64,000 nucleotides of DNA from an uncultured virus (IMG/VR IMGVR_UViG_3300037466_004244) (Duplodnaviria > Heunggongvirae > Uroviricota > Caudoviricetes). The translations under genes were made by a program, and so were the position numbers. Location: the IMG/VR virus record IMGVR_UViG_3300037466_004244. One strand, written 5' to 3'. The notes under the pieces are model-generated. The model was not told where the DNA came from and did not search any database. It worked only from the letters and a program-made list of their open reading frames with translations. Positions 55,938-64,000 of this stretch are shown here, piece by piece. The first letter of the stretch is position 1. Each line of letters starts with the position of its first letter.

Positions 55938-56335
55938 TGTCCACCGTCGTCCTCCTCCCCACCCGTCTCGCCGGTGCCGTCGTCACCGGCGGTCTCGACG
56001 TGCAGCCGCCCGTCCTCACCACCACGCGCGGCAACGTGCGCGAGAGCGAGGCCACGACCGCCGAGATGACGCCCGCACAGGTCGCGACGTTCCGCGGGCT
56101 CCTGCCGCCGGGGCCGAACGAGGCGGACGTGCGGGGCGCGCTGCGGGTGGTCGGGATCCCATGGCCCCAGCGCGTCGATGTGTCCATCGCCGTCGATGTC
56201 GGCCCCTTGGTCGCGCAGTTCGACGCCTTCCGGGCCGCGGTCGCGCAGGTCGAGACGGCGTGGGCGGCGCTGTCCCCCGAGGCGCGGCGCGCAGTCGGGA
56301 CGGTCACGATCACGCTCGGCGAGGTGGCGCCGTGA
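55937..56335 (+). CDS. Hypothetical protein
   Basis: TGATG coupling. Confidence 0.65.
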   Translation: MSTVVLLPTRLAGAVVTGGLDVQPPVLTTTRGNVRESEATTAEMTPAQVATFRGLLPPGPNEADVRGALRVVGIPWPQRVDVSIAVDVGPLVAQFDAFRAAVAQVETAWAALSPEARRAVGTVTITLGEVAP

Positions 56336-56568
56336 ACGGGCTCGCGCTGCTCCTCGCCGCCGCGTGTGCGCCCGTCGGCGGTGGCTCCGTCGAGGTCCTC
56401 CCGCCGTGTCGGACCCCGCAGCCGTACGTGCCAGCCCGCCGCTTCGCCCGCGACACGCCGGGTGCGGGCGGAGACGCTCCGGCGCCTGGCCGCCACCAGA
56501 AGCACGCGTCCCCGGAGCGAAAACGCGCCCGGAAGGCGGCGCAGAAGGCACGGAGGGCGCAGCGATGA
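56332..56568 (+). CDS. Small basic protein with a lipobox-like LAAAC
   Basis: GTGA overlap; basic C-terminus. Confidence 0.5.
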   Translation: MNGLALLLAAACAPVGGGSVEVLPPCRTPQPYVPARRFARDTPGAGGDAPAPGRHQKHASPERKRARKAAQKARRAQR

Positions 56569-57134
56569 CCTCCCCCTCCCACGCCGACCTCCGCGTCCTC
56601 GTCACCTCGCGCGGGCTGCGCTGGTTCACCGGCGCGTACAACCTGAACGTCGTCGCCATCCGTGGCCCCGCCGTCCTCGACCGCTACGCCGACCTCCTCT
56701 GCGTCGCGTGGACCGACGAGCGTGGGCAGGAGCGGATCCTCTGCTTCCCCGCGAGCACCATCCCGGGCGCCTCGACGTTCGCGACGCTCCCCAACGCCGC
56801 GGGGGCGCCGATGGTCGCGCCAGGCCAGTACCCGGGCTGGACCGTCAGCGACCACCACGGCCGCCCCTGCCTGCGTCCGCCCGGCGCGATCCCGGTGGTG
56901 CGCGACAACGACCGCGACGGCACGCCGGGGAACACGCGGATCGCCTCAACCTCGGACGGCATCCTCGTCCACGGCGGGAGCACGATCCCGACGCAGTCGG
57001 TGGGGGACTGGTCGGCTGGGTGCATCGTCGCGACGCTCGGGGCGTTGGAGGTGATCGTGACGCTGATCGGCTGCCAGCGGGCGGCGGGGTTCGGGTCGCG
57101 GGTGACCGTGACGGTGGTGGAGGTGTCGTCGTGA
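56565..57134 (+). CDS. Putative endolysin, L,D-transpeptidase-like Cys peptidase
   Basis: NVVAIRG, PGQY, RDNDRDG, GILVH...WSAGC (His...SxGC). Confidence 0.7.
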   Translation: MTSPSHADLRVLVTSRGLRWFTGAYNLNVVAIRGPAVLDRYADLLCVAWTDERGQERILCFPASTIPGASTFATLPNAAGAPMVAPGQYPGWTVSDHHGRPCLRPPGAIPVVRDNDRDGTPGNTRIASTSDGILVHGGSTIPTQSVGDWSAGCIVATLGALEVIVTLIGCQRAAGFGSRVTVTVVEVSS

Positions 57135-57496
57135 CGCGTCTCCCCAACATCGAAGGACTCGACCCCGGAATCCGGGAAGTCGTCGCGCTCCTCCGCGTCA
57201 ACGGCTTCGAGACGACCGACAGCGGGGACGGCCGCACGAAGATCGGCAATCCCGCATGGAATCAGGAGTGCCTGCTCGACATCCCGCATGTGTTCATGCT
57301 CACCACGCCGGACCGACTCGTTCAGGAAGCGGACCGGCTGGCAGACCTGATCGCCGCGCGCGGTGTCGAGGTCGGGACAGCGAGGGTCTGGATCGAGGCG
57401 ACCTACTCCCCGCGAGACAGGAAGGGGAAGCGGGCGATCCTGGGGCTGCTCGGGCTGGATGATGCAGGGCTCGCCAAAGCAAGGGTGAGCCCATGA
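57131..57496 (+). CDS. Hypothetical protein
   Basis: LDPGIREVVALLRVNGFETTDSGDG. Confidence 0.75.
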   Translation: MTRLPNIEGLDPGIREVVALLRVNGFETTDSGDGRTKIGNPAWNQECLLDIPHVFMLTTPDRLVQEADRLADLIAARGVEVGTARVWIEATYSPRDRKGKRAILGLLGLDDAGLAKARVSP

Positions 57497-57768
57497 TCCA
57501 CCGCCTCCTCCGCTGGTTCCGCTCCCTCGCCGAGCACCACCGCCGCTCCCGTCTCCGCCTCTCCGGCCCGCTCCGGGGCGTGCTCGTGACGTGGACGCAC
57601 CCCACGCGCGGCACGTTGACGGCCCGCGCGACGGAGCACGTCCTCGACGGCAACGGGCGGACGGTGCGGCTCGTCGTCGCGTGCCCATGGGCGCATGGGA
57701 GGCTCATTCTGGCGCCGCGAACCGATCCGAGGGCGTGCGTGGCGGGGACGGTGAGGAGGGTGGGGTGA
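57493..57768 (+). CDS. Hypothetical protein
   Basis: ATGA overlap. Confidence 0.55.
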   Translation: MIHRLLRWFRSLAEHHRRSRLRLSGPLRGVLVTWTHPTRGTLTARATEHVLDGNGRTVRLVVACPWAHGRLILAPRTDPRACVAGTVRRVG

Positions 57769-57983
57769 CGCGGTCGAACTGCCTGCTTGCTGCGCTTCAC
57801 GTCTGGCGCCGTCTTGGTGGGCAGCTCGTGGTGGTCCGAGGACCCTGCCGCGCCTGCTGGTGGCCGCACTTCGGGATCGAGGTACGGCCGGGCTGGGTCG
57901 TTCACTTCAAGGCGATCCGGATGCGGGATCCGGTACCGTGGTTTCGTGGTCGGCTGCGTCGCGAATGGATGGGGCCCGCCTGA
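57765..57983 (+). CDS. Hypothetical protein
   Basis: SNCL...WWPHF...WFRGRL; coupled on both sides. Confidence 0.6.
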   Translation: MTRSNCLLAALHVWRRLGGQLVVVRGPCRACWWPHFGIEVRPGWVVHFKAIRMRDPVPWFRGRLRREWMGPA

Positions 57984-58288
57984 TGCCCACCGCCGCCGAA
58001 CGCGACGCCGCCACCCTGGCCTACCTCCGCCAGCTCGGCCGCGTCGTGGCCGGGCTCGACGCCAAGGCCGATCAGGTCCTCGCCGTCGCGATCGAGATCC
58101 GCGACCTGCTGAAGTCCACGTTCCTCCTCTCGTTCGAGCGGTCCGTGGAGAAGCACGGCCCGCTGATGCTCTTCGCGGGCCTCGTCGGCCTCGCCGCGCT
58201 CCTGTACGTCGTCGGCGCGATCGTCGTGTCGCTCGTGCAGGGCGTGCCCCTCGTCACGTTCCCGACCCTCCCCGGAGTCGTGCCATGA
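57983..58288 (+). CDS. Membrane protein (holin candidate)
   Basis: Coiled coil followed by a long hydrophobic C-terminal segment. Confidence 0.6.
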   Translation: MPTAAERDAATLAYLRQLGRVVAGLDAKADQVLAVAIEIRDLLKSTFLLSFERSVEKHGPLMLFAGLVGLAALLYVVGAIVVSLVQGVPLVTFPTLPGVVP

Positions 58289-58458
58289 TCGCCGTCGTGC
58301 CCGCGCCGATGCGGCCGCGTCCGTCCCTGCCCCCCATGACGGAGCGCGAGCGGCTCCTGCTCATGGGGGATCTGCTCGACGCCGAGGACTACGACGGGGT
58401 CGTGGCGCTGGAGGAGGACCGGGAGGAGCGGGAGCGGGTGGAGCCGGGGGTGGCTTAG
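58285..58458 (+). CDS. Small hypothetical protein
   Basis: GGAG RBS, ATGA overlap. Confidence 0.55.
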   Translation: MIAVVPAPMRPRPSLPPMTERERLLLMGDLLDAEDYDGVVALEEDREERERVEPGVA

Positions 58459-58697
58459 GGGTCGAGCCCCGTCGCCTTCCGCCCAAGCGACCGCAGCCAC
58501 GCCCCAGCAGCTCCACGCGGCTCCTCGCCCTTCTTCGTGGGCCGCTTGAACCCAGCAGCGAGCGCCGCCGCCTCGAACGCGTCGACTTCGTCCGTGGCGA
58601 CACGGATCGTAATCTGCGTGCCCTCGGAGTCGGCAACACGGGGCTTCCGGCCACCACCGGGAGCGCGCTTGCGCTGATCGTCGGGAACGCGAGGCAT
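58455..58697 (-). CDS. RHH-like DNA-binding protein
   Basis: GGGRKP...TQITIRVATDEVDAFEAAA...AWLR. Confidence 0.65.
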   Translation of the reverse strand: MPRVPDDQRKRAPGGGRKPRVADSEGTQITIRVATDEVDAFEAAALAAGFKRPTKKGEEPRGAAGAWLRSLGRKATGLDP

Positions 58698-58717
58698 GGG
58701 CGGGGAGGGTACCACGG

Positions 58718-59149
58718 TCACGATCCCTCTCGCTGCCGGGGGCAGGGCTTCGCCGCCCGCTTCCGCAGCGGATCCGGCAGATCCGCCGCGTCAACGATCT
58801 CGCGGACGCTCGCAACCTGCTGGTTGAGGAGCTTCTGACAGGCGCGCTGCCAGCGCCGAAACTCGGCGCGCATCTCGCGCTCCTGGCGGGCGGCCCACTT
58901 CTGGCCCGTCCCACAAAGAGCAGCACGCGTGCCACGATGCTCGGCGAGAAGGAGGCGGGCGATCCTCGCGTTCCGGACGACGTCCTCGGCGAGCAGGGGT
59001 CCCGGGATCCCCCAGAGGTTTACGCCGTACGGCCAGTCTCCGTACTCCCATGACGCCGAGTAAAGACGCGCATGGGCGCGCTCCTTCTCGGCGGCATCCG
59101 CTTCGGCGATGAGGCGCTCGATGAAAGCGTGGCGGCGGTCGGTGCTCAT
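58718..59149 (-). CDS. Hypothetical protein
   Basis: MSTDRRHAFIE..., 143 aa. Confidence 0.6.
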   Translation of the reverse strand: MSTDRRHAFIERLIAEADAAEKERAHARLYSASWEYGDWPYGVNLWGIPGPLLAEDVVRNARIARLLLAEHRGTRAALCGTGQKWAARQEREMRAEFRRWQRACQKLLNQQVASVREIVDAADLPDPLRKRAAKPCPRQREGS

Positions 59150-59291
59150 GTGGGGCCCCGTCGGGCGGCAGGCGCCTTCGACATTGCCACTATTACGCGC
59201 TTGCGAAACACCGTCAATACGAACGTGCGAAATAGTTGCGGCAGGCGACCAGCGTCGCACCCGGCTACGCTCGCACCCCCACCGAGGCCCC

Positions 59292-59558
59292 ATGGGCGTC
59301 CGCGTCGAAGACATCGTCGCCACCACCGACAAGGACACCAGTTCGGGCGTCCTCACCCGCTCCGTCCACGTCCGGCAGGACGAGGTCTACAGCGCCGCGG
59401 AGTGGTCCGCCGTCCGGAGCGCGGCGGCGACGTCCCTGGCCGCGCTCGACGCGTGGTACGCGGGGCTGCAGGACACGGCGCGGAAGAACTGGTGGGCGGG
59501 GTTGCCGACGGCGACGCGGGAGCAGTTGCGGCAGGCGGTTTTGACGTTGGCGCCGTAG
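59292..59558 (+). CDS. Hypothetical protein
   Basis: GAGG RBS; divergent AT-richer spacer upstream. Confidence 0.65.
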   Translation: MGVRVEDIVATTDKDTSSGVLTRSVHVRQDEVYSAAEWSAVRSAAATSLAALDAWYAGLQDTARKNWWAGLPTATREQLRQAVLTLAP

Positions 59559-59671
59559 GGGGCGCCGCAGGTTGACGTACGGTGGCGTCAGCGGTAGTGT
59601 GTGGAACGGGCCGTAACGGCTTGTGATTGCTCAACAACTACTCGTTCCACGAGTACAGACGGGAGTACCAC

Positions 59672-59929
59672 ATGCGTGAAAAGAACTACGCCTACGCCGA
59701 GGCCGAGGCACGCGTCCTCGGGCAACAGGGGCACGCCTTCTTCGCTGAGATGGGCCGCACCCTGCTCTTCGCGGAGTCGCGCATCGCGACGAGCCCGAAC
59801 CCGCGGAAGGAGCGCCTCGAGGTCGTGAACGAGGCGCTTCAAACGTTCGAGGTCGAGAAGGTGCCCGACGTCCTGCACCAGGTGCACGCCCGCCTCTGCG
59901 CCTCCCAGGATGTTCTGTCCGCGAAGTAG
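59672..59929 (+). CDS. Hypothetical protein
   Basis: GGGAG RBS; MREKNYAYAEAE... Confidence 0.65.
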   Translation: MREKNYAYAEAEARVLGQQGHAFFAEMGRTLLFAESRIATSPNPRKERLEVVNEALQTFEVEKVPDVLHQVHARLCASQDVLSAK

Positions 59930-59933
59930 CGCC

Positions 59934-60248
59934 TCACCCCACCAACACCCGCCAAGCCCCCCACACCCGCCCCGCCAGCGTCGGCCGGGGCCTCGGCCGC
60001 AACCCCGGCTCGATCTGCCGCGCGGCGTCGAGGACCGCATCGGCGCCGAGCGACGCCGTGAGCAGGTACCCGCGCGCCCGCAGCATCCACGCGCGGGCCT
60101 CGCCGTCCGTCGTGTCGCGGAGGCACGCGTCGAGATCCGCGATGGCGCGGCTGCTCTCGGTGCGGGCCGTGACGAGCTCGGCGATCGTCGTCCGGAACGC
60201 GCGGGGGAGCGACGGCTGGCGAGGGTCAGTGTGTGCGTCGGCCGTCAT
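59934..60248 (-). CDS. Hypothetical protein
   Basis: Helical 104 aa ORF. Confidence 0.55.
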   Translation of the reverse strand: MTADAHTDPRQPSLPRAFRTTIAELVTARTESSRAIADLDACLRDTTDGEARAWMLRARGYLLTASLGADAVLDAARQIEPGLRPRPRPTLAGRVWGAWRVLVG

Positions 60249-60517
60249 GGGAACCGGTATCACGCCGGATCGTCGGCACCGAGCCTCAACCGCCACGCGA
60301 CACACCGCACCTCGAGCAGCGGCACTCCGTCCAGCGCGCACGCAAACCCGGGCGGGAGCGAGGCGAGGCGTTCGGCCTGCTCGGGGGTCAGGTGACGGAG
60401 GTCGACCGGAAATGCGTCACTCGTTGACGAACGCACGACGCGTGCCGGCGAATGGGGCGCGAAGAGGAGGGGGCGGCGGGGCATGTGGGGGTGGGGTGCA
60501 AGGGGTGGGCCACGGGG

Positions 60518-60715
60518 TCAGGCGTCGGGGTCTCCGTCGCAGTCCTCGTCGTGCTCCGGATCGTCGTGCCAACAGGTGAAGCAGAACGGCGACTGCGGGA
60601 GCGGTCTGCCACGCTCCATCGTCAGGAAGAACGATGCGCCGCACCGAGAGCAGCGGACGAGGCCGCCAGTGCGGAAGATGTCGGGGTCGCGATGCCGCTC
60701 GGTCACATCAGCCAT
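60518..60715 (-). CDS. Small zinc-finger protein
   Basis: CSRC...FCFTC, acidic tail; GAGG RBS. Confidence 0.6.
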   Translation of the reverse strand: MADVTERHRDPDIFRTGGLVRCSRCGASFFLTMERGRPLPQSPFCFTCWHDDPEHDEDCDGDPDA

Positions 60716-61037
60716 TCGCCACCTCGGCAAGCAGACGCAGGGCGGCGAGGCGGTCCGCGTGGTTGTGCTTGAACAGCAGCCATTCCCACGCGCGGTGAGT
60801 CGTGACGCCCGCGTGTTCGGCGGCGACGCGGACGATCTCGCAGGAGTCGGCTGGGAGCCATGCCCATCCGTCGGGAACAGGTCCGGATTCCCAGAGCACG
60901 CGGTCGGGGGAAGGCATCGGGCGCGGCTCCCGGTCCGGTTGAACCAGCCACCCCGGCCCCGCGCACCCCGCGAGCGCGTGACGGACGGCGGGAGGGAGGG
61001 CGAGGAGGGCGGCGATTTCGTCGGGATGCGGGGTCAC
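60708..61037 (-). CDS. Hypothetical protein
   Basis: GAGGAG RBS; overlaps neighbours. Confidence 0.65.
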   Translation of the reverse strand: MTPHPDEIAALLALPPAVRHALAGCAGPGWLVQPDREPRPMPSPDRVLWESGPVPDGWAWLPADSCEIVRVAAEHAGVTTHRAWEWLLFKHNHADRLAALRLLAEVANG

Positions 61038-61336
61038 TCCTCACCTCCCAGGATCAGCCGCAGTCCACTCAGGGGCGCCGCCGGCATCGGCATGGCGTGG
61101 TCGTCTCGCCATTCCCATCGTGTCGTGCCCCACGTCCATGGCTTCCACCACACGGCGGCAGAAACGCGACGCCCGGGGCGAGGGTCATCCCAGCCCTTGC
61201 CGCCGCACTCGGGGCAGAGAAAGACGTTGGCGGGCGAACAGTTCGGCGCCCGCGTCGTCCCCTCCGTGTACAACTCTCCGTGGCGACACGTCGTGCACCG
61301 GACGCGCATGGCCCACGTTTCCGGCGCTGGCCTCAC
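61034..61336 (-). CDS. Zinc-finger hypothetical protein
   Basis: CTTCRHG...CPECGGKGW. Confidence 0.65.
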   Translation of the reverse strand: MRPAPETWAMRVRCTTCRHGELYTEGTTRAPNCSPANVFLCPECGGKGWDDPRPGRRVSAAVWWKPWTWGTTRWEWRDDHAMPMPAAPLSGLRLILGGEE

Positions 61337-62142
61337 GTCGTCACCTCCGGCCACGGCAGCACCAGCCCATCCCCGTCCGCGAGCGCGTAGCCCGCGGCGA
61401 GCGCAGCACGGTCGGCGAGGGAGCGGCCGAGGTCGCCGGTTTCGGGGCCGCACGCGACGACTCGGCCGCGGGCATACAGGGTCCAGCCTGGCGTCCAATT
61501 GCCGGACGCCGGACGGTTCCCGTTCGGCCCGACGTAGCAGACGACCCACCCTTCATCGTCGGGTGACACCCGCATGGAGCAGTCGTCGGAGATCGTCCAC
61601 TCGCCCGCAACGCCGACGATCGACCCCAACCCCCTCGCCACCCTCCACGCCGAGCACGCCAGCAACCCCGGCGACCACTCCGGCCGAGTCTGTCCGCCTT
61701 CGCCCGTCGGGAGCCAGCGGAAGACGTCGGCGGGAGGGCGGAGGTAGCCGGTGCCAGCGCACCACGAGCACACCGTCGGCGACCCGGAAACATGCTCCTC
61801 GGGAACGTCTGCCGCGCGAGGGCACTTCTCTCCTGCCGCCAGCGCGACTGCGAGGGCGTACCGTCCGGAGCGGTGGGTGAGGTCGAGGAAGAGGTCGGCG
61901 ATGCGGACCTGATTGCTTGCGCCACGATCGCGCCGCTCATCGCCCCACGGCTCGAACCAGTGGTAGTCCACCATTGCGACGCGCTTCGGCGCTTCGGGCC
62001 GATCGGAGAGGATGTAGTGGACCGACGCCGTGACGTCGTAGCCTTCTGCGGGCTTGTGCCACGGCGGCGGCGCATGAACCCGCACCCCCTCCAGATCCAT
62101 GGGCACGAGCGTCGCGGGGATGCGGTCGGTGGGTGGGGTCAT
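61333..62142 (-). CDS. Hypothetical protein, paralog of 558-1253
   Basis: AGEKC...CSWCAGTG...GPETGDLGRSLAD. Confidence 0.75.
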   Translation of the reverse strand: MTPPTDRIPATLVPMDLEGVRVHAPPPWHKPAEGYDVTASVHYILSDRPEAPKRVAMVDYHWFEPWGDERRDRGASNQVRIADLFLDLTHRSGRYALAVALAAGEKCPRAADVPEEHVSGSPTVCSWCAGTGYLRPPADVFRWLPTGEGGQTRPEWSPGLLACSAWRVARGLGSIVGVAGEWTISDDCSMRVSPDDEGWVVCYVGPNGNRPASGNWTPGWTLYARGRVVACGPETGDLGRSLADRAALAAGYALADGDGLVLPWPEVTT

Positions 62143-62204
62143 CGACGCACGCACGAGCAGGGCAGGCCGAAGAACACGAGGCAGCGGGGGCGGTGGACGA
62201 TCAT
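62139..62204 (-). CDS. 21-aa Cys-rich peptide
   Basis: GGAGG RBS; ATGA overlaps at both ends; MIVHRPRCLVFFGLPCSCVRR. Confidence 0.45.
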   Translation of the reverse strand: MIVHRPRCLVFFGLPCSCVRR

Positions 62205-62644
62205 CGTTCCTCCGTGGGCGTGAGGGTGGAGAGGGCGCGGCGGAGGTCGCCGAGCGTGATCTCGATCTCGCGGTCGCCACACCCGCTGCTCGCGATGACG
62301 GTCCAGTCCGGCTTGTCGGCGTCAAAGGCACGGACGAACATGGCGAACGGTGCGAGGGCTTCGCGCATCCGCTCCCATTCCCGCGCAAGCGCCGGGCCCA
62401 TGGTGCGGGAGGCGGCGATGAAGGCGGCGTCAGGCCCGAAGACGTCGATGTCGGGGCTGTACTCGCCGCCCGCCGAGCCGTCGCTGTGGACGCGCATCTC
62501 GCCGCTGTAGAGCCCGTCGTCCTCGCCCGTGGGGTCGCCTCCGGTTCGGCGTTCGCGCCACTCCCACGGCCCCTCCGTCGCCCGCTCGGACTGCTCGAGG
62601 TAGGCGCGGACGGATTCGGGGGTGAGGGGGTTGGTCGGGGTCAC
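62201..62644 (-). CDS. Ead/Ea22-like protein
   Basis: ERATEGPW...DAAFIAASR motif. Confidence 0.7.
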   Translation of the reverse strand: MTPTNPLTPESVRAYLEQSERATEGPWEWRERRTGGDPTGEDDGLYSGEMRVHSDGSAGGEYSPDIDVFGPDAAFIAASRTMGPALAREWERMREALAPFAMFVRAFDADKPDWTVIASSGCGDREIEITLGDLRRALSTLTPTEER

Positions 62645-62853
62645 GTCGTCTCCTTCTTCACAGCCTTCTTCCACCGCTTCGCCTTCGCCAGCCGCTCCGC
62701 GCCGATCGTCGCCGGCTTCTCGCCCGTCGCGTTGGCCTCGTCGCGGATGTTCTGCGCGAGCTCGGGCTTGAGGTTCAGGGTCAGCCGGTAGCGGTTGCCC
62801 TGCCGGTTGAACCCGTCCAGCGGCGGGAGCGGGCTGGGCTTCGGTTTCGTCAT
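62641..62853 (-). CDS. RHH-like regulator
   Basis: YRLTLNLKPELAQNIRDEANATGEKPATIGAERL. Confidence 0.65.
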   Translation of the reverse strand: MTKPKPSPLPPLDGFNRQGNRYRLTLNLKPELAQNIRDEANATGEKPATIGAERLAKAKRWKKAVKKETT

Positions 62854-62880
62854 GGGGCGAGCGTACCACGGGGGCGGTTG

Positions 62881-62904
62881 GATAGCCACAAGATAGCTAC
62901 AAGA
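62881..62904. promoter_or_regulatory. Tandem 11-bp direct repeat in a divergent promoter region
   Basis: GATAGCCACAA GATAGCTACAA. Confidence 0.6.
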
Positions 62905-62959
62905 AACGTGTGGACGCTCGGGCGTTCGGCGTGGTAGAGGGGGAGGGTAGGAGCGACAC

Positions 62960-63391
62960 ATGGCAGATCACTGCGCCCACCTCGAATCCATCGCCGAGCG
63001 GCTGGAGGATGCCGCCGAGACGGGGCTCACCGCGCACGAGACCGCAGCACTCGCCGCGCGCATTCGGCGCATGCTTGAGCCTGCCGCTCCCGGGGCGATC
63101 TCCCCCGAAGCCCGCCGCGCCTTCCTCGCGTCGAGCCTCCTCGACCACAGGGGTGCGCTCACGACGAGCATGATCAGCACGCTCCTCAACCGCGGCATCG
63201 ACTATGTCTGGCAGATGGCGGAGCGCCCCACCGGCTACAAGGCGGGTGAGCGCAACGGGTTCATCCGGCTTCCAGGCGTCGGGCGCGTGACCTACGACGC
63301 ATGCCTCGCGCTGTTGATGGCGCACGGGTGCTCGTTCGGGATGGCGGACGATCCGGACGTCGTCGCGCTGCGGGCCGAGGGTGCCCGATGA
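62960..63391 (+). CDS. Hypothetical protein
   Basis: AGGAG RBS; LPGVGRVT HhH-like motif. Confidence 0.7.
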   Translation: MADHCAHLESIAERLEDAAETGLTAHETAALAARIRRMLEPAAPGAISPEARRAFLASSLLDHRGALTTSMISTLLNRGIDYVWQMAERPTGYKAGERNGFIRLPGVGRVTYDACLALLMAHGCSFGMADDPDVVALRAEGAR

Positions 63392-63672
63392 TCAGGCCCA
63401 TCTCCCCCAGCGTCATGGACGCCCCGCCGCCGAACCTCGACCCCCACATCGAGCGCATCAACGCCGCGCTCGCCCGCCCGTGGACCGCCAGCGAGAAAGC
63501 GCACGGCCGGTCGATCGGGAGCCTCGGCCCGGATCAGGCGACACAGGAGGCGGTCGCGGCGGCCTTCCGTCGCGAGGGATGGAGCGTCGAGTACCTGTCG
63601 TCGCCTCGGCCGGATGACGGGTGCTGGACCTTCAAGCGGGCGATCGGGGCTGGTGTGTCGAGGGATTGCTGA
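63388..63672 (+). CDS. Hypothetical protein
   Basis: ATGA overlap; FRREGWSV. Confidence 0.65.
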   Translation: MIRPISPSVMDAPPPNLDPHIERINAALARPWTASEKAHGRSIGSLGPDQATQEAVAAAFRREGWSVEYLSSPRPDDGCWTFKRAIGAGVSRDC

Positions 63673-63989
63673 TGACCCCCACCCGCCTCACCATGATCCG
63701 CACCATCGCCGCGAACTGCCGCGCGTCGGCCCGCCAGATCACGGGCCCGACGGCCGAGCAGCTGAACGTGGCGGCGGACGTGATCGGGGAGTTGATCGAG
63801 GAGACGACGCTGCTCGACCGGGTGAGGGCTCACCTCGGCGATCCTCTCGCGCACCTACGTCTCGACCTGAACAGCGAGACGACCCGCTGGGTGCTCTGGA
63901 CGCGCGAGCAATGGCGCCTCCCCCAGAAGTACGAAGGCGCCACCGAAGCCGAGGCCCTCGTTGCGGCCCTGGAGGCTCCCCGTGGCTGA
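63672..63989 (+). CDS. Hypothetical protein sharing its C-terminus with the PDLRDP family
   Basis: GATEAEALVAALEAP. Confidence 0.7.
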   Translation: MTPTRLTMIRTIAANCRASARQITGPTAEQLNVAADVIGELIEETTLLDRVRAHLGDPLAHLRLDLNSETTRWVLWTREQWRLPQKYEGATEAEALVAALEAPRG

Positions 63990-64000
63990 CGTCGTCTACG

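Larger units (their letters stand above)
1..64000. mobile_element. Tailed phage / prophage region (siphovirus-like, probably temperate), truncated at both window edges
   Basis: Terminase, portal, capsid, tail and tape-measure synteny, CI/Cro-like switch, phage replication and recombination genes; no host housekeeping genes seen. Confidence 0.93.

Noticed and set aside
63960..64000. Window ends resemble each other (ORFs ending EAPRG at 558 and 63989), suggesting terminal redundancy
   Set aside because: Opposite strands and only a short GGAGG-N-CCCCGTGG match, explained by RBS plus GTG coupling
1..64000. Integrase and att sites
   Set aside because: No tyrosine or serine recombinase motifs recognised; they may lie outside the window, so the temperate call rests on the CI/Cro-like switch and antirepressor only

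Overview
The window is almost entirely a high-GC tailed dsDNA phage or prophage (siphovirus-like), open at both ends. I found no integrase, tRNA, rRNA or CRISPR array. Layout: (1) 1-9.5 kb, minus-strand early operon with an ASCH-like protein and a Sak4-like ATPase / PD-(D/E)XK exonuclease / SSB recombination module. (2) 9.9-11.8 kb, divergent CI-like/Cro-like switch plus a CII-like HTH. (3) 11.8-22.9 kb, nucleotide and replication genes (cupin, dNMP kinase, DEDDh exonuclease, DNA methyltransferase, RecU-like resolvase, SF2 helicase, CHC2 primase, UvrD-like helicase). (4) 23.4-46.9 kb, packaging, head and tail genes, with an 8-gene insert between terminase and portal. (5) 46.9-53.6 kb, minus-strand accessory island. 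(6) 53.8-58.5 kb, second late block (fibre-like protein, lysis candidates). (7) 58.5-64 kb, small genes, several paralogous to the left arm. The lipoprotein signal style and the SSB hint at a Myxococcota/deltaproteobacterial host (inference). Highlights: a phage-encoded class I cytochrome c lipoprotein; two diverged ~323-bp iteron-rich non-coding elements in inverted orientation flanking the morphogenesis module, sharing a TGTACA box with the promoter of an orphan Phd/YefM-like gene; an uncharacterised nuclease-like + TPR-like two-gene cassette; a shared TTGAC-N2-GTCAA late-promoter operator; and a structured capsid leader RNA. All product calls come from motif recognition by eye, not database searches.
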